IMG/VR virus record: IMGVR_UViG_3300050029_000114
Location: 1 to 64,000 of that record
Source: a virus
Direction: 5' to 3' (one strand)
DNA length: 64,000 bases
The position numbers were made by a program, and so were the translations under genes. The notes beneath the pieces are model-generated. The model made no database searches. It saw only the letters and a program-made list of their open reading frames with translations, and was not told where the DNA came from. Shown piece by piece: positions 9,934 to 20,042 of this stretch; positions within the stretch are counted from its first letter, which is position 1, and every line of letters starts with the position of its first letter.

Positions 9934-10344
9934 TCACCTCACTCTCGTGTTATGGCCCGAGACGAATCTCCTCGGGCGGTTCTCGCTGTCGTACTGCTGG
10001 AAGGTCGCCCCGCAGCCGCACTCGCATCCGGTCGATGGGTTCGGCGCGTCGGGGTGGCGCAAGTCTGTCCTTTTGCGATGATGCACGCGGTGGTGGGGCC
10101 GGTCGGTTACCTCTAGGTTTTCTAGCCGGTTGTCGGCCCTGTTCTCGTTGCGATGGTGGACCTCCTCGCCAACGGCTAGGGGTCTACCAAGATGGGCTGA
10201 GGCCACGAGTACGTGCTCGTAGACGTACCCGCGTACGTCCGCGTTCGGGTGGTCCGGCTGCTTGATCAGGACGTAGCCGTCGGGCGTCACTGTCCGGCCT
10301 CCCTTCCAGTTCGGGTTAGCGGCGCCCGGCTGCGAGCGGCCCAT
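9934..10344 (-). CDS. HNH homing endonuclease
   Basis: [31 protein letters not shown] motifs. Confidence 0.9.
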   Translation of the reverse strand: MGRSQPGAANPNWKGGRTVTPDGYVLIKQPDHPNADVRGYVYEHVLVASAHLGRPLAVGEEVHHRNENRADNRLENLEVTDRPHHRVHHRKRTDLRHPDAPNPSTGCECGCGATFQQYDSENRPRRFVSGHNTRVR

Positions 10345-10646
10345 CAGTACGCATCCCGGTAGCGGGCTCGCGCTGTCTCGCGCTCGGCTTCCCGCAACCG
10401 TCGTTCGAGGCTGACGCGGGCATCCTCCAACTCGTGGGCTCGGCGTTCAAGGTCGGACACTTGACGTTCAAGGTCGGCGACCTGGCTGTTCCGCCGGGAT
10501 AGCTCGCACTCCAACTCGTAAATCGTGTCGTGGGAGTCCCGCAGGGTCGCGGCTATCCTGGCGGACTCCTTCTCGGCTGTCTCGATGCGCTGGTCGCGCT
10601 CCTCGATGACTTGGCGTAGGTCGGCTATGTCCTCTCGGTCACCCAT
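10344..10646 (-). CDS. Coiled-coil hypothetical protein
   Basis: Heptad-rich 100-aa ORF, coupled on both sides. Confidence 0.55.
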   Translation of the reverse strand: MGDREDIADLRQVIEERDQRIETAEKESARIAATLRDSHDTIYELECELSRRNSQVADLERQVSDLERRAHELEDARVSLERRLREAERETARARYRDAY

Positions 10647-11235
10647 CGGGGTCGCCTTTCGTGATCGTGAACCCGAGCCCGCGTAGGCGTCGGGCGTTGC
10701 TGCGGCGACACTCGCCGCAGTCGTCGTAGCTCATGCCGTCCGGCTGGTCCGGGTGCGTGTACTCCAAGCGGACTAGATGAACCTCGTACTCGATGCCGCC
10801 GATGTCCGGGCCTGCGCCTGGCTTGCCGCACGAGTGGCAGCGCGGCCACGGTCCGGGCCGGTTGAGCCGGGCGCGCCGGTTCGGCTCCGTCAGGATCGCC
10901 TCGATAACCGACCAGTCGGCCGGGGTCCACACGTACGCCCGGACGTGGGCGGCGTTCAAGCTGGCGAGCACTTCCCGCTGGGCGGGTGTCGGCCGGTCCG
11001 GCGGTATCTTCAACTCGGCGGCGATGCAGCCGCCGTGGGCGGGATGCCAGAGGAGCAGGTCGGGCCAGCCGGTGATGTTCGTGCTCGTGATCCACTGGTC
11101 GCCCCTGCCGATGCTGCGCCGGATCGTCAGGAACTGCCAGCCCTGGATGGTGGCGAACTCGGTGACGTGGCGCTGAAATCCGATGTGATTGAGTTTTCCG
11201 CCGCCCATCCCCGGTAGAGGGCGAGGCGCGCTCAC
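10639..11235 (-). CDS. VRR-NUC domain nuclease
   Basis: GWPDLLL...AELK...PTPAQREVL PD-(D/E)xK motif; GTG at 11235 overlaps the upstream stop. Confidence 0.8.
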   Translation of the reverse strand: MSAPRPLPGMGGGKLNHIGFQRHVTEFATIQGWQFLTIRRSIGRGDQWITSTNITGWPDLLLWHPAHGGCIAAELKIPPDRPTPAQREVLASLNAAHVRAYVWTPADWSVIEAILTEPNRRARLNRPGPWPRCHSCGKPGAGPDIGGIEYEVHLVRLEYTHPDQPDGMSYDDCGECRRSNARRLRGLGFTITKGDPDG

Positions 11236-11867
11236 AGTGCCCCCCCTAGGTTGAGCCTGGCGAACTCGCCCCACGCCTCTACTGCGGCCCGGTCGAAGGC
11301 TCGTGCAGCGTCGTCCTCGTTATCGAACAGACCCAGGTACCTTTGACGACCGGCGATCTGGATATTGGCGCGCCATTTACCGCCTGATCGGTCGGTCCAA
11401 CACACGCCCCGGTATCGAGAAGAACCTCCCCGTGACCCTGCGTTAGCGATGTTCTGTGTCCGGGTCGCCGGACGGAGGTTCGATCGGCGGTTATTAAGCC
11501 CGTCTCCATCTCGGTGGTCTATCTCAGTCTTAGGCGGCGCTCCCACGATGAACCGGTGGAGGAGCGCCCATCGCTGCTCAGCTATAAGCCACGCATGGAC
11601 GTAGAAGCGGTCCCCGCTGGTGTGCAACGACCAACTGTGCTCGATCGCCCGATCCCAATCTCCGTCATCCACGTAGGCAACGTGGCCGCTGGGGAGGGAT
11701 AGGACACCGCGTATCGTCTGGCGCGGTGGCTTAGGGGGCCGCTTTGCTCGCTCTCGTTCCCGGTATCGGCGCGCCTTCAGTCGGTTGCGAACGCGTGTCT
11801 CCTCTAGGTCGACGTGCGTCAGTTTCTTCCCGGCGCCCATCCCGGGCAGCGGGCGGGGCGCGCTCAT
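11232..11867 (-). CDS. HNH-AP2 homing endonuclease
   Basis: LHRFI...IDHRDGDGLNNRRSNLR HNH, then AP2 domain SRYRGV...KWRANI...YLGLF...AARAFD; ATG at 11867 coupled to the upstream gene. Confidence 0.9.
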   Translation of the reverse strand: MSAPRPLPGMGAGKKLTHVDLEETRVRNRLKARRYRERERAKRPPKPPRQTIRGVLSLPSGHVAYVDDGDWDRAIEHSWSLHTSGDRFYVHAWLIAEQRWALLHRFIVGAPPKTEIDHRDGDGLNNRRSNLRPATRTQNIANAGSRGGSSRYRGVCWTDRSGGKWRANIQIAGRQRYLGLFDNEDDAARAFDRAAVEAWGEFARLNLGGAL

Positions 11868-12230
11868 CGCCCTCCCTCGGCTATCTCGCGTAGGGCCTGG
11901 ATGACCTCGCCGATGGCGTCCTTCTCGTGGCCGTCGAACTTGGCGTGCCATCTCACCGAATGCTCGATGAGCCGGTCGGCTGTAACGTCGGCCGGATGGG
12001 TGCGGGTTCTCCTGCGCTTCACAGGCATGGGTCGGCTCCGTCGAGGATGGGCGGTTCGGGCTCGGGGCATCGTGCGCACCGGCCCGGCGTCGTCGCGGTT
12101 AGTTGCTGGACGCGCTGGCCGGGATGACGACCCAACGTCTCGGCGGAATGCTCGGCGCATAGGACCGTCGAGAGCATCCGGCCGCCCTTCGGGTTCGGCG
12201 CCCAATGCAGGAACAGTGCCCCGTCGGCCA

Positions 12231-12479
12231 TCAGCCGCGCCCAACGAACACGCGGTGCTGGGCTGGGGTTCCGGGTGTAATGCAGACCTCGGATATGTCG
12301 CCTAGCTCTACCATCCGGTCGAAGCAGGCGAGGGCGAACCATGAGTCTCCGCCCTGGTGTGATGCCGCCTCTTGAATCCGGACGGCTCCCGCCTCGCCCA
12401 GCAATTTCTTTACTCGGTCGCGGATACGTATGAACGTTCGCTGGCCCTCCTCGGTGAACAGCTCGTAGCGGTATCCCAT
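12231..12479 (-). CDS. Hypothetical protein
   Basis: MGYRYELFTEEGQRTF...; coupled ATG at 12479. Confidence 0.5.
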   Translation of the reverse strand: MGYRYELFTEEGQRTFIRIRDRVKKLLGEAGAVRIQEAASHQGGDSWFALACFDRMVELGDISEVCITPGTPAQHRVFVGRG

Positions 12480-12766
12480 TAGTCGACCAGTCCTCCTAGG
12501 TTGGCCGGGGGCCGTGGCCGGGGCGGTTCCCCGTCGGCCCGCTCGGCTTGGGCGACTGCGTTGACGTGATAGCAGGGGCGCACCCCGCCGCGGCCCATCT
12601 CGCCGCGCTGCCGTCCTGCCATGCAGGTGCACGTGAAGAACGACGGTTCGCCGGTCGGTTTCTGCCAAGTGACAATCCGGTTCGTGTCGGGCTCGCTTCG
12701 CGACTTGACGGTCCACAGGCCCCGCTCGATCCGGTTCACGGGTCCGCGCGGCCAGGGGGCGGTCAT
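12479..12766 (-). CDS. SWIM zinc-finger protein
   Basis: FTCTC...PCYHV (CxC...CxH) preceded by WTVKSRS. Confidence 0.7.
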   Translation of the reverse strand: MTAPWPRGPVNRIERGLWTVKSRSEPDTNRIVTWQKPTGEPSFFTCTCMAGRQRGEMGRGGVRPCYHVNAVAQAERADGEPPRPRPPANLGGLVD

Positions 12767-13023
12767 GCGGTCGCCTTGTGGATCGGGACGTGGTAGCCGA
12801 AGCCGCCGTCCCATCGGGTGACCGCCGCGCACTGGTCGTACACGGCGCGGTAGGCCCTGCACATGCCAAGCTCCTCGATCGCGCACCAGCGCATGGTCGG
12901 GTGCCAGCGGCCGGTCACCGGGTCGAGTGAGTCTCCAACCTCGTCCTCGATGAGCGGCTTGTCGCAGTTCATGCACACGACGGCCGTGGTGAAGGCGGAC
13001 TTGTCTGTGCAGGTGAGGGTCAT
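12763..13023 (-). CDS. Cys-rich hypothetical protein
   Basis: Leaderless ATG under a class A promoter. Confidence 0.55.
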   Translation of the reverse strand: MTLTCTDKSAFTTAVVCMNCDKPLIEDEVGDSLDPVTGRWHPTMRWCAIEELGMCRAYRAVYDQCAAVTRWDGGFGYHVPIHKATA

Positions 13024-13072
13024 GGTGCCATCCTACTCCTCCGGGGCCTTGGTTGTCTAGGGGGTGCTAGCG
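13024..13072 (-). promoter_or_regulatory. Class A promoter CTAG-N6-CTAGACA-N18-TAGGAT-N6-ATG
   Basis: -35-like TAGACA at 13054-13059, -10 TAGGAT at 13030-13035, ATG at 13023. Confidence 0.75.
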
Positions 13073-13237
13073 GTTTTTTCGGCTCGTCCGGAAGGGGCTG
13101 GTGGACCGGTGCGCCATCCCAGGTCAGTTGGGCGTGGATCGCCACTTTCATCCGGTGCTCGGCCTCCTCGACCTCTCTACGGACCTCTGACGGCCAACTA
13201 GAACGGTCGACGCCCAACCCCATCGCGTTGCGGGCCA

Positions 13238-14059
13238 TCAGGACTTCCGCCTGGCATGGATGTGGCATACGTCGCCGGGGTTGGCCACATAGCGTTTACA
13301 GGCGGTTCCGTTGTTGTTGGTCGCTGCGCATGGGACCCGGCAGGGGGTATGTCCTAGTGGCCTGGGATCGCTGATTCCCGCCTCTGTGATCAGCGCTGAC
13401 GCCAGGCTGTCGCGCCGGAATCGGCGGTTGGGTGGCGGCGGGTCATCCGAGAGCATGCGGCGCGCCCAATCTATCCTCGTCGACGCGTGCCTGTCGGGGT
13501 GTCGGAGGATGCTCCTGGCGTTAGTCAGCCGGTGTCGGTCGTACCGCTCCGGGTCTAGGGCGGAGCGGGCGGCCGACATATTCAGAACGGCGCATCGGGG
13601 CGAACAGGTGACCGCTCCCGGCCGGATCGCCCATCCCCCGCACATCGGGCACGGCCGGGCGTGCGCCATTGCGTCGAGGACTCGCTCTAGTTGCCGTTGC
13701 GCGTCGGCGGCCAGGCGGCGCTCTCGGGCCTGGCCGACGATATTGATCTGTTGCTTCGTGAGAACTTGATGGACGCGCTGCCGTGACACATTGAAGGCTT
13801 CGGCGATCTGTCCGGTCGTCCATTCGCACGCCGTGAACAGTAGGGCCCATTCTTTATCCCGCTCAGGTACCTGCCGTTCCGTCTGCTGCTGTCTCCAACG
13901 GCGGACGATACGGGCCCGGTACTCGGGGCTGCGCTCGAATCCGACGAGGACGGTAGGACGCTGGTCGCTTAGAAGATCGTTGGCGAACTCGACTAGGGCG
14001 GTTATCCGCTCGTCGTCACGGGCGTCGTCTGATGCCCAGCTAACGGTAACCCGGGCCAT
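13238..14059 (-). CDS. HTH (sigma-70 region 4-like) protein with Cys motifs
   Basis: WTTGQIAEAFNVSRQRVHQVL HTH; CPMCG...CSPRC; C-terminal C..C..C.H. Confidence 0.65.
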   Translation of the reverse strand: MARVTVSWASDDARDDERITALVEFANDLLSDQRPTVLVGFERSPEYRARIVRRWRQQQTERQVPERDKEWALLFTACEWTTGQIAEAFNVSRQRVHQVLTKQQINIVGQARERRLAADAQRQLERVLDAMAHARPCPMCGGWAIRPGAVTCSPRCAVLNMSAARSALDPERYDRHRLTNARSILRHPDRHASTRIDWARRMLSDDPPPPNRRFRRDSLASALITEAGISDPRPLGHTPCRVPCAATNNNGTACKRYVANPGDVCHIHARRKS

Positions 14060-15720
14060 CAGTCAGCTTCCGATCTGTCGGGAGCCGGTCCTGAGAGCGC
14101 CCACTGTAGGGCTTCGCGGCGGGCGTCGAGCCGGGCGTACTCGGTCGTGTTGTGCATGGCGGCTGCCTGCTCGCATAGCCGCTGGAGTCGGTCTAGCTCC
14201 CGCTGGATATCGGCGGTGGACCGCATCAGCCCCACGCTCCCCGGGGGAGCCCGATGAACAGGCCGTGCCGGACCGGGTGGCAGGCTATGACGGCCCGGTC
14301 ACGGTGGCAGTCGACGTACCGGCGGGCCGCGTCCTCGCCGTCGGCGCCCTCCCACTCGACGGTCCTCGTCGGCACGCCCGGGGTGGCCGGGTGCCCGGCC
14401 TCGAACGCAGCCTGGTAGGTGTCGGCGTCGGTCAGGGCGACCGTCTTTAGCTCGTAGCGGGGCATGGCTGCCTCTCGTGGGCGTTGCCCTCGGCGATGAT
14501 CGTCCGGGGGCCCTTCCTTCGGGCCGACCGCCACCGTGAAATGGCCGTCCGCGTCCAATGTCGTCTCGATGCTGCCCTGCCAGGTTTCGAGACGACCGAC
14601 GATCTTCCGTCCCGCCAGCCGTGATGCCCGGCCTCTGTCGCCCTGCACGTATCCGATCAGGTTCGCCATCAACTTGTCCTCTCTGCTCGTTTGAACTCCT
14701 CGCCGTCGATCCAGACCCGGACGCTGCGCCCGGTCGGTGAGACGCTGATCGTGATCGTGTGGTCTGACCATTCACGGTCGAACGCGTACTCCTCGCCTGC
14801 GCACGGGACAACGTGCTCGGTGTGGTGCCGTCCGGCGTGAACGGTGACTTGCTGGTAGCCACGGAACCGGAACTTGGTGACTCGGCTCTCAGGTGCCTCC
14901 CGCTCGCTCATCGTGTCTCCGTCCCGGCGCACTCGGCGCAGCACTTCGCGGTCTGCCATTGGGCTATCGCCTCGCCCGTGTCGAGATACCGTTCGCCTAT
15001 CTCGATGGTCCGTTTGCACTGGCCGCAGGTGTGCGCTTTCTTGGTGGCGGTGCGCCAGCGGACGTGCTCGTGGTGCAGGTCACGCCAGAAGTCCTCGATC
15101 GTGGTCATCGGTCCTCCCCGGGGTTGGGTCCGGTTAGCTCGTCCGCGTGTTTGCGGGCGTGGATCAGCTCGTCGAGGCCTACCGGCGGCCCGCAGGCGTG
15201 GCGCCAGCCGTGCTCGCCGCGGAGATGGCCGTCGACCGTCCAAGTCGCCCGCTTCCATAACTCGCGGGCTTGGAGTCGGTCCGCTCCGCTCCGGCGGGGC
15301 GCTACCGCGTGGGCGGCTACCCGCTCGGCGATCTGCTCGTGGTGGCGGGCGTGCCGCTCCTCCGCCGTCAACGTTCGATGGGCCATCAGTCCTCCTCGTG
15401 CCGCCGGTTCGACCCGGGGGCGGGCCGCCCGCAGGATGGGCATTCGCCGTGCTCGTCGGAGCCGCACCGGCCACCGGCCGGGCAGCGCGGCGCCCGGCGG
15501 TCCCGGGCGGTGTGGGCGGCGTCGCCGTCGGCGGTGCAGAAGATGCCGCCGTGATCCTTCTCTTGCAGTCTGCGGCCGCATCCGAACACGTCGCAAGTGA
15601 CCTTGGCGCCGTCGGCGTCGCGGGCGTAGGTGGTGACGGCTGGCGCTCCGACCGGCACGGTTGCCGGAGGGCGAGGGATGAACCCGCCCGAATGGTAGAA
15701 CGCGCTCGATGTCGGCTTGC

Positions 15721-16077
15721 TCACTCCGCCTCCTCTAGCTCGGCGTGGAAGATATGGGCGATCCCGTGGAAGATATGGGCGATCCCGTGGTTAGCGCCCG
15801 CACACGAGCACTCGCAGTCGGGCCCGGTGGCGTTACGGCAGCGGGCGTCGCAGCGGACCCCGGCGTGGTGGCTGGCCTTGATGCGGGCGATCGTCCGGGT
15901 GGTCCGGCCGCAGCGGCAGCGGAGCCCGGCGTACATGGCGGCGTTCACTTCGCCTGCCGGGACGTTCACGGTGACCGTCCGGTGGCAGTAAGGGCAGCGG
16001 GCGAACAGGCGGGTCGTGGCTGCCTCGTCCTCGGTCGCGAAGAGGGCGGCCTGCCCTAGCGTCGCGGTGGCGGTCAT
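15721..16077 (-). CDS. Cys-rich hypothetical protein
   Basis: CPYC, CRCG and CDARC...CECSCAGANHG motifs; in-frame 21-nt duplication near the 3' end. Confidence 0.55.
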   Translation of the reverse strand: MTATATLGQAALFATEDEAATTRLFARCPYCHRTVTVNVPAGEVNAAMYAGLRCRCGRTTRTIARIKASHHAGVRCDARCRNATGPDCECSCAGANHGIAHIFHGIAHIFHAELEEAE

Positions 16078-16259
16078 CGCCCTGCCGCCTTGCACGGGCA
16101 ACCGCGGTGGGCGCGCAGGCCGCGGGCGTGGGTGCAGCACAGGTGCCGGACTTTTGCTGAGCCGAGCCCGACGACCCTGATGTACTTGCCGAAGTCGACT
16201 GTCGCCGTGTTCGGGCAGTCGCCGAAGCTGCCTGCGTCGCATTGATGGTTGAGGGCCAT

Positions 16260-16306
16260 GTGAACATCCTACCGCGGCTCGACGCGTTTGTCTAGGGGTT
16301 CCTGGC
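16260..16306 (-). promoter_or_regulatory. Class A promoter, leaderless
   Basis: TAGACA (16289-16294), N17, TAGGAT (16266-16271), N6, ATG at 16259. Confidence 0.72.
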
Positions 16307-16442
16307 GCTCAATGCGCAACATTTTCAGTCGGCACAACCGACAGCCCGCGCGCAGGTGCGCCTCCACGAAGCTCGCCACGTCGTCTGTCGCAATAGTCAG
16401 GGCGGCGTCAAGTAGTTCGGTGTCAAGCGGGTGCCGCCTCAC
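16269..16442 (-). CDS. Small anti-sigma-like zinc-binding (zf-HC2/ZAS-like) protein
   Basis: 57 aa: HPLDTELL...VEAHLRAGCRLCR; GTG at 16442 overlaps the upstream stop. Confidence 0.5.
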   Translation of the reverse strand: MRRHPLDTELLDAALTIATDDVASFVEAHLRAGCRLCRLKMLRIERQEPLDKRVEPR

Positions 16443-17095
16443 GTCGGCATCTCCAGCACGCCGAGCCCTTCGAGCCCTAGCTCGCGCTGGAGCAGGATGA
16501 TCTTCTCGACTAGCTGTACGGCCGTCTCTCCCTGGATGGCGACCGCCCCGGCGCAATCGCCGCGCCTGCTGTACGCGATGGCACTGGCGACGTTGTGGGA
16601 GGCCAGGAGGGCAACGTAGTCGCGGGCGGCCTGCTCGTTCTCCCGGGCCCGCTGGTCGGCCTGGGTTTGGGCCTCGTATCGGGCTTCTCGCGCCTCGTCG
16701 GCGGCTTGGCGGCGCGCCGTGACGGCCAGGTGCAGCCCGCAGGCTGGAACCTGGGCGTACCTATCGGGACCGGGCGCCTTAGCCGTCGGCTTCATCCATC
16801 CTCGCCATAACGGCACTTCGCCTTTCGCTGTCCGGCCGCACGGGTGGCTGTCGCTCCAACCGTCCGACGGGTGGACTTGGACGCGGCATGTCCCGGCGAT
16901 CCATTCCGGCTCGACGTGGCGGGCCGCCTTGCAGGCGCACGGGCCCTTCGCCTGGCCGCTCATGAACTGGCCGCCATAGCGGATATTGAAGCAATCCTCG
17001 TGCTGCCCGTAGTTGCACGCCTGGCACCATTCGCGGATCATCGTGCCCGCCCGCAGGTCGGGCCTGTCGAGCCGTTTGGCCTGTCGTGGGCTCAT
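16439..17095 (-). CDS. Hypothetical protein
   Basis: MSPRQAKRL... coupled start within ORF 16439..17461. Confidence 0.5.
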   Translation of the reverse strand: MSPRQAKRLDRPDLRAGTMIREWCQACNYGQHEDCFNIRYGGQFMSGQAKGPCACKAARHVEPEWIAGTCRVQVHPSDGWSDSHPCGRTAKGEVPLWRGWMKPTAKAPGPDRYAQVPACGLHLAVTARRQAADEAREARYEAQTQADQRARENEQAARDYVALLASHNVASAIAYSRRGDCAGAVAIQGETAVQLVEKIILLQRELGLEGLGVLEMPT

Positions 17096-17300
17096 CGCCC
17101 GTTCCTGGCGGTAGCGGGGTTCCTGGGGCCGTCTAGGGGGCTCTCCGGGGCGTCTGGCTTGCATCCCCGGCGGCACGGTCCGGTCCGTCCGGCTGCGACC
17201 TCGCTGGCGGGTACCTCGATGATGCTCCGCTCGCACCAGCAGGTCACCGTCAACATCTCGGTGCCGTCGCCCCGGGTGCGCTGCCCGTACCGGTATCTCG

Positions 17301-18968
17301 TCATCCGCGGGCCTTGCCTGGCTTCCAGCCGGGGGCGGCGTGCCCGACGGCCTCGATGTCAAGCTCGCACTTGGCCCGGGTGCAAGCCACGTAGAGCAAG
17401 CGAAGCTCGGCGGTGGACAGGTCGCCCGCATCCTCTTTGGGGGCGAAGAAGTCCGATCCAAGCTGGACGCTGTTCCACTCCCGGCCCTTCGAGCGGTGCG
17501 CCGTGCTGATCACCACGTCGGCGTCCTCCTCGCGGATGCCGCTGTCGAGGGCCCGCAGGATCGTGTCGATCCCGAAGTCGTCGATCAGTTTCACCATCTG
17601 CCGCAAGTCGCCGCCCTGCTGGTCGTTCTCAACGTAGTCCTGAACCTCGCCCCACGTCGAGAAGCAAGCCAACTCCGGGTGGTCGGTCGGCTGACCGGCC
17701 TGGAGGGTCCGGGCCGCCTTAGCGAACCGGATCGCCTCGACCGCCCCGCCCACGATGAACGGGCGGCGCCCGGCGGCCTGGAGGCTAATGACCTCACGGA
17801 CGGCCCCGGCGTTGGTGCGGGTCAGGATCGCATTCGGCTCAGCCGCAGGGCCGACAACGCTGGCCCGCTCCCCGAACCCGCTGATCCGCAGATCGGCGCC
17901 GATCCGGGCGAGCAGCCCGTTCGCAACCTCAGCGACCGCATGGCCGAACCGGAAGCTCTGGCTCAGGTAGGCGACCTTGCCGCCAAGAGCGGCGAACCGG
18001 TCGAGAGCGTCAACTGCGCCCCGCCACTCGTAGATGGCTTGCTGGCTGTCGCCAACCGCCACGACCTGCACGCCCCGCTCCATCTGCTGCTCGATGATGC
18101 TCAGCATCACCGGGTCGGCGTCCTGGGCCTCATCAAACAGGATGAAGTCGGCCTCGATGACCGGGCTGTTCAACTGCCACATCTTCAGGTAGTGGTCGTG
18201 CTCGAAGCGAAGCTGGCCGTCGGTCCGCTGGATGTCGGCCCACGCCTTGACGGCGTACGGGAGGACGTGGACGGCGAGGTCATTGTTGTTCGAGTAGGTG
18301 CGCTTGCCGTCCTCGGTCATCGGGTCGATGCCGTCCACGTAGGGGACGTGGCGCTTGCTCAGTTCGCGGTCGGCGCTCTGGCAGAACTGGCGGACCGTCT
18401 TGATCGCCAGCCCGGCGACCCATCCGGCCGCGAGCACCCGGCGCTCGGTCCCGTACTGCAACACGTACTGGTCGACGCCGAGGATGCGGGCGATCTGCTG
18501 GCCGGTCATGCGGACGCTGTTCAACCGGTGGCTGTAGGCCCGGCCGTACGCCCGGAAGGCGAGCGAGTGGGCCGTCGAGCATTGCACGTTGCCGCTCATC
18601 GTGAGCGCCGTGTCGTCGACGATCTTGCGGTTGAACGCTGTGTAGACGCCCTTCAATCCGCGGGTGTCGGCGTGCGCGGCGAGGAGGCGCAGGGTGCTCG
18701 TCTTGCCGGTGCCAGCCCCGGCCTGGATGACGAGCGGGTCGCCCGTGGCGAACGCCTTGACGCACACGAACTGCTCGGCGGTCGGCGTGAACGTCGGCAC
18801 CCGGGTTTCGGGGGCGGTCGGCTCGGCGCCGTCGGTCACGGGGCACTCCGTGTGCGCCACAAGCCACTTGCCGTCGACCTTCTCGATGGTGCCCTGCTGG
18901 GCGAGGACATGGCCGCCACAGGTGCGGCAGGTACCGGCGAACTTGTTGGGGCGGTTCGGTGAGGTCAT
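17301..18968 (-). CDS. UvrD/Rep-like superfamily 1 helicase
   Basis: AGAGTGKT, DEAQD, VGDSQQAIYEWRGA, LSQSFRFG, STAHRSKGREW, YVACTRAK. Confidence 0.95.
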   Translation of the reverse strand: MTSPNRPNKFAGTCRTCGGHVLAQQGTIEKVDGKWLVAHTECPVTDGAEPTAPETRVPTFTPTAEQFVCVKAFATGDPLVIQAGAGTGKTSTLRLLAAHADTRGLKGVYTAFNRKIVDDTALTMSGNVQCSTAHSLAFRAYGRAYSHRLNSVRMTGQQIARILGVDQYVLQYGTERRVLAAGWVAGLAIKTVRQFCQSADRELSKRHVPYVDGIDPMTEDGKRTYSNNNDLAVHVLPYAVKAWADIQRTDGQLRFEHDHYLKMWQLNSPVIEADFILFDEAQDADPVMLSIIEQQMERGVQVVAVGDSQQAIYEWRGAVDALDRFAALGGKVAYLSQSFRFGHAVAEVANGLLARIGADLRISGFGERASVVGPAAEPNAILTRTNAGAVREVISLQAAGRRPFIVGGAVEAIRFAKAARTLQAGQPTDHPELACFSTWGEVQDYVENDQQGGDLRQMVKLIDDFGIDTILRALDSGIREEDADVVISTAHRSKGREWNSVQLGSDFFAPKEDAGDLSTAELRLLYVACTRAKCELDIEAVGHAAPGWKPGKARG

Positions 18969-19017
18969 GTTCTCATTCTACGCCCTAGGTGTGTCCGTTG
19001 TCTAGGGTTTTCTAGCG
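18969..19017 (-). promoter_or_regulatory. Class A promoter, leaderless, driving the helicase
   Basis: CTAG at 19012-19015 and 19002-19005; TAGACA-N18-TAGAAT-N6-ATG at 18968. Confidence 0.78.
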
Positions 19018-19736
19018 CCTTTTGGGTTACAGGAAGGATCGGGCCTCGGCGAGCACGGCATCCGGCATCGGCTCGACCAGCCATGCCCGCCCGAACCGAT
19101 AGCCCGTCACCGGGCACACGAGATGCCTGTTGGCGTCGTAGCCGTTCCCGGTCACGGCCATATGGGCGCACCCGGCGCGCATGTCATTCAGATGCCAGCG
19201 GGTCCACAGGGCGTGGAGTCGGCGGGCCCGGTCGCTCGACCATCCGGCAGCGAAGTCGGTGACCTTCAAAAGCTCATCGAGGCACTGGCCGCCGCTCGCC
19301 TCCTGCCAGACGCCATTCCCTTTACGATCCTTCGTCTCGCCGCACACGCTCAACGTCAGGGTGCCTTCGGGCACCGCCCCGTCGATGACGATGGTCGGGC
19401 TCGTCACGTTCGGTTCCCATTCGCCCTCGGGTACGCCTGTTCGCAGCAGGGCGTGCGCGGCCTGGCGGTCGCCGTGGTCGGCCCGCGTCACCGGGATCAT
19501 GCCGGGTGGGCCTCGGCGAACCCGGCGAGCATCGCGCCGAACAGGCCCGCCATCGTCTCCGCCCCGTGCGCCGGTTTCGCCCTGGCCGCCACTCCCATCA
19601 GCTCGATCGGCGCCTGCGCCTTCAACAGCTCGTACAGGTCGGCTGTCTCGGCCGGGTCGTAGCCGACGCCGACCAGTCCCGCCTCGGTCGCGCTCAGCCC
19701 TTCGAGCATCGTGGCGAGTCCTTGCAGGTCCCTTGC

Positions 19737-20042
19737 TCACGCTTGCGCCTCCACTGTCGGCCGGGCCCGCCGGTTCGCTGTCGCTCGTGCCATCACATCG
19801 TCGCCGTCCGGCAGCCGCTTCACGGCGAACACGACCGCCATCGCCGTCACTCCGCTCAGCGCCGCGATCTGTGTCTGAGTGCGCCCTGCCAACAGCAGGG
19901 TCGCGTACGCCTCGGCCCGCTGGGCCTGCTTCATCTTCGCCTGCGTCAACGCCGCGTCTATGTCATCGGTAAGCCACGCGACGGCCGACTCGGCGACGGC
20001 GATCTGCTCGTCGGTCGGGTCGGGGCGCCGTCCGTTGTCCAC
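19737..20042 (-). CDS. HTH DNA-binding protein
   Basis: GRTQTQIAALSGVTAMAV. Confidence 0.6.
   Translation of the reverse strand: MDNGRRPDPTDEQIAVAESAVAWLTDDIDAALTQAKMKQAQRAEAYATLLLAGRTQTQIAALSGVTAMAVVFAVKRLPDGDDVMARATANRRARPTVEAQA

Noticed and set aside
15744-15790. 21-bp tandem duplication
   Set aside because: In-frame slippage duplication (HGIAHIF x2) with no evident function; the 12-bp repeat near 4213-4240 is similar.
17340-18962. Long plus-strand ORFs (this one, also 14813..15991, 33173..34363, 57667..58842)
   Set aside because: Antisense shadows of real minus-strand genes, expected in high-GC DNA; no recognisable motifs.
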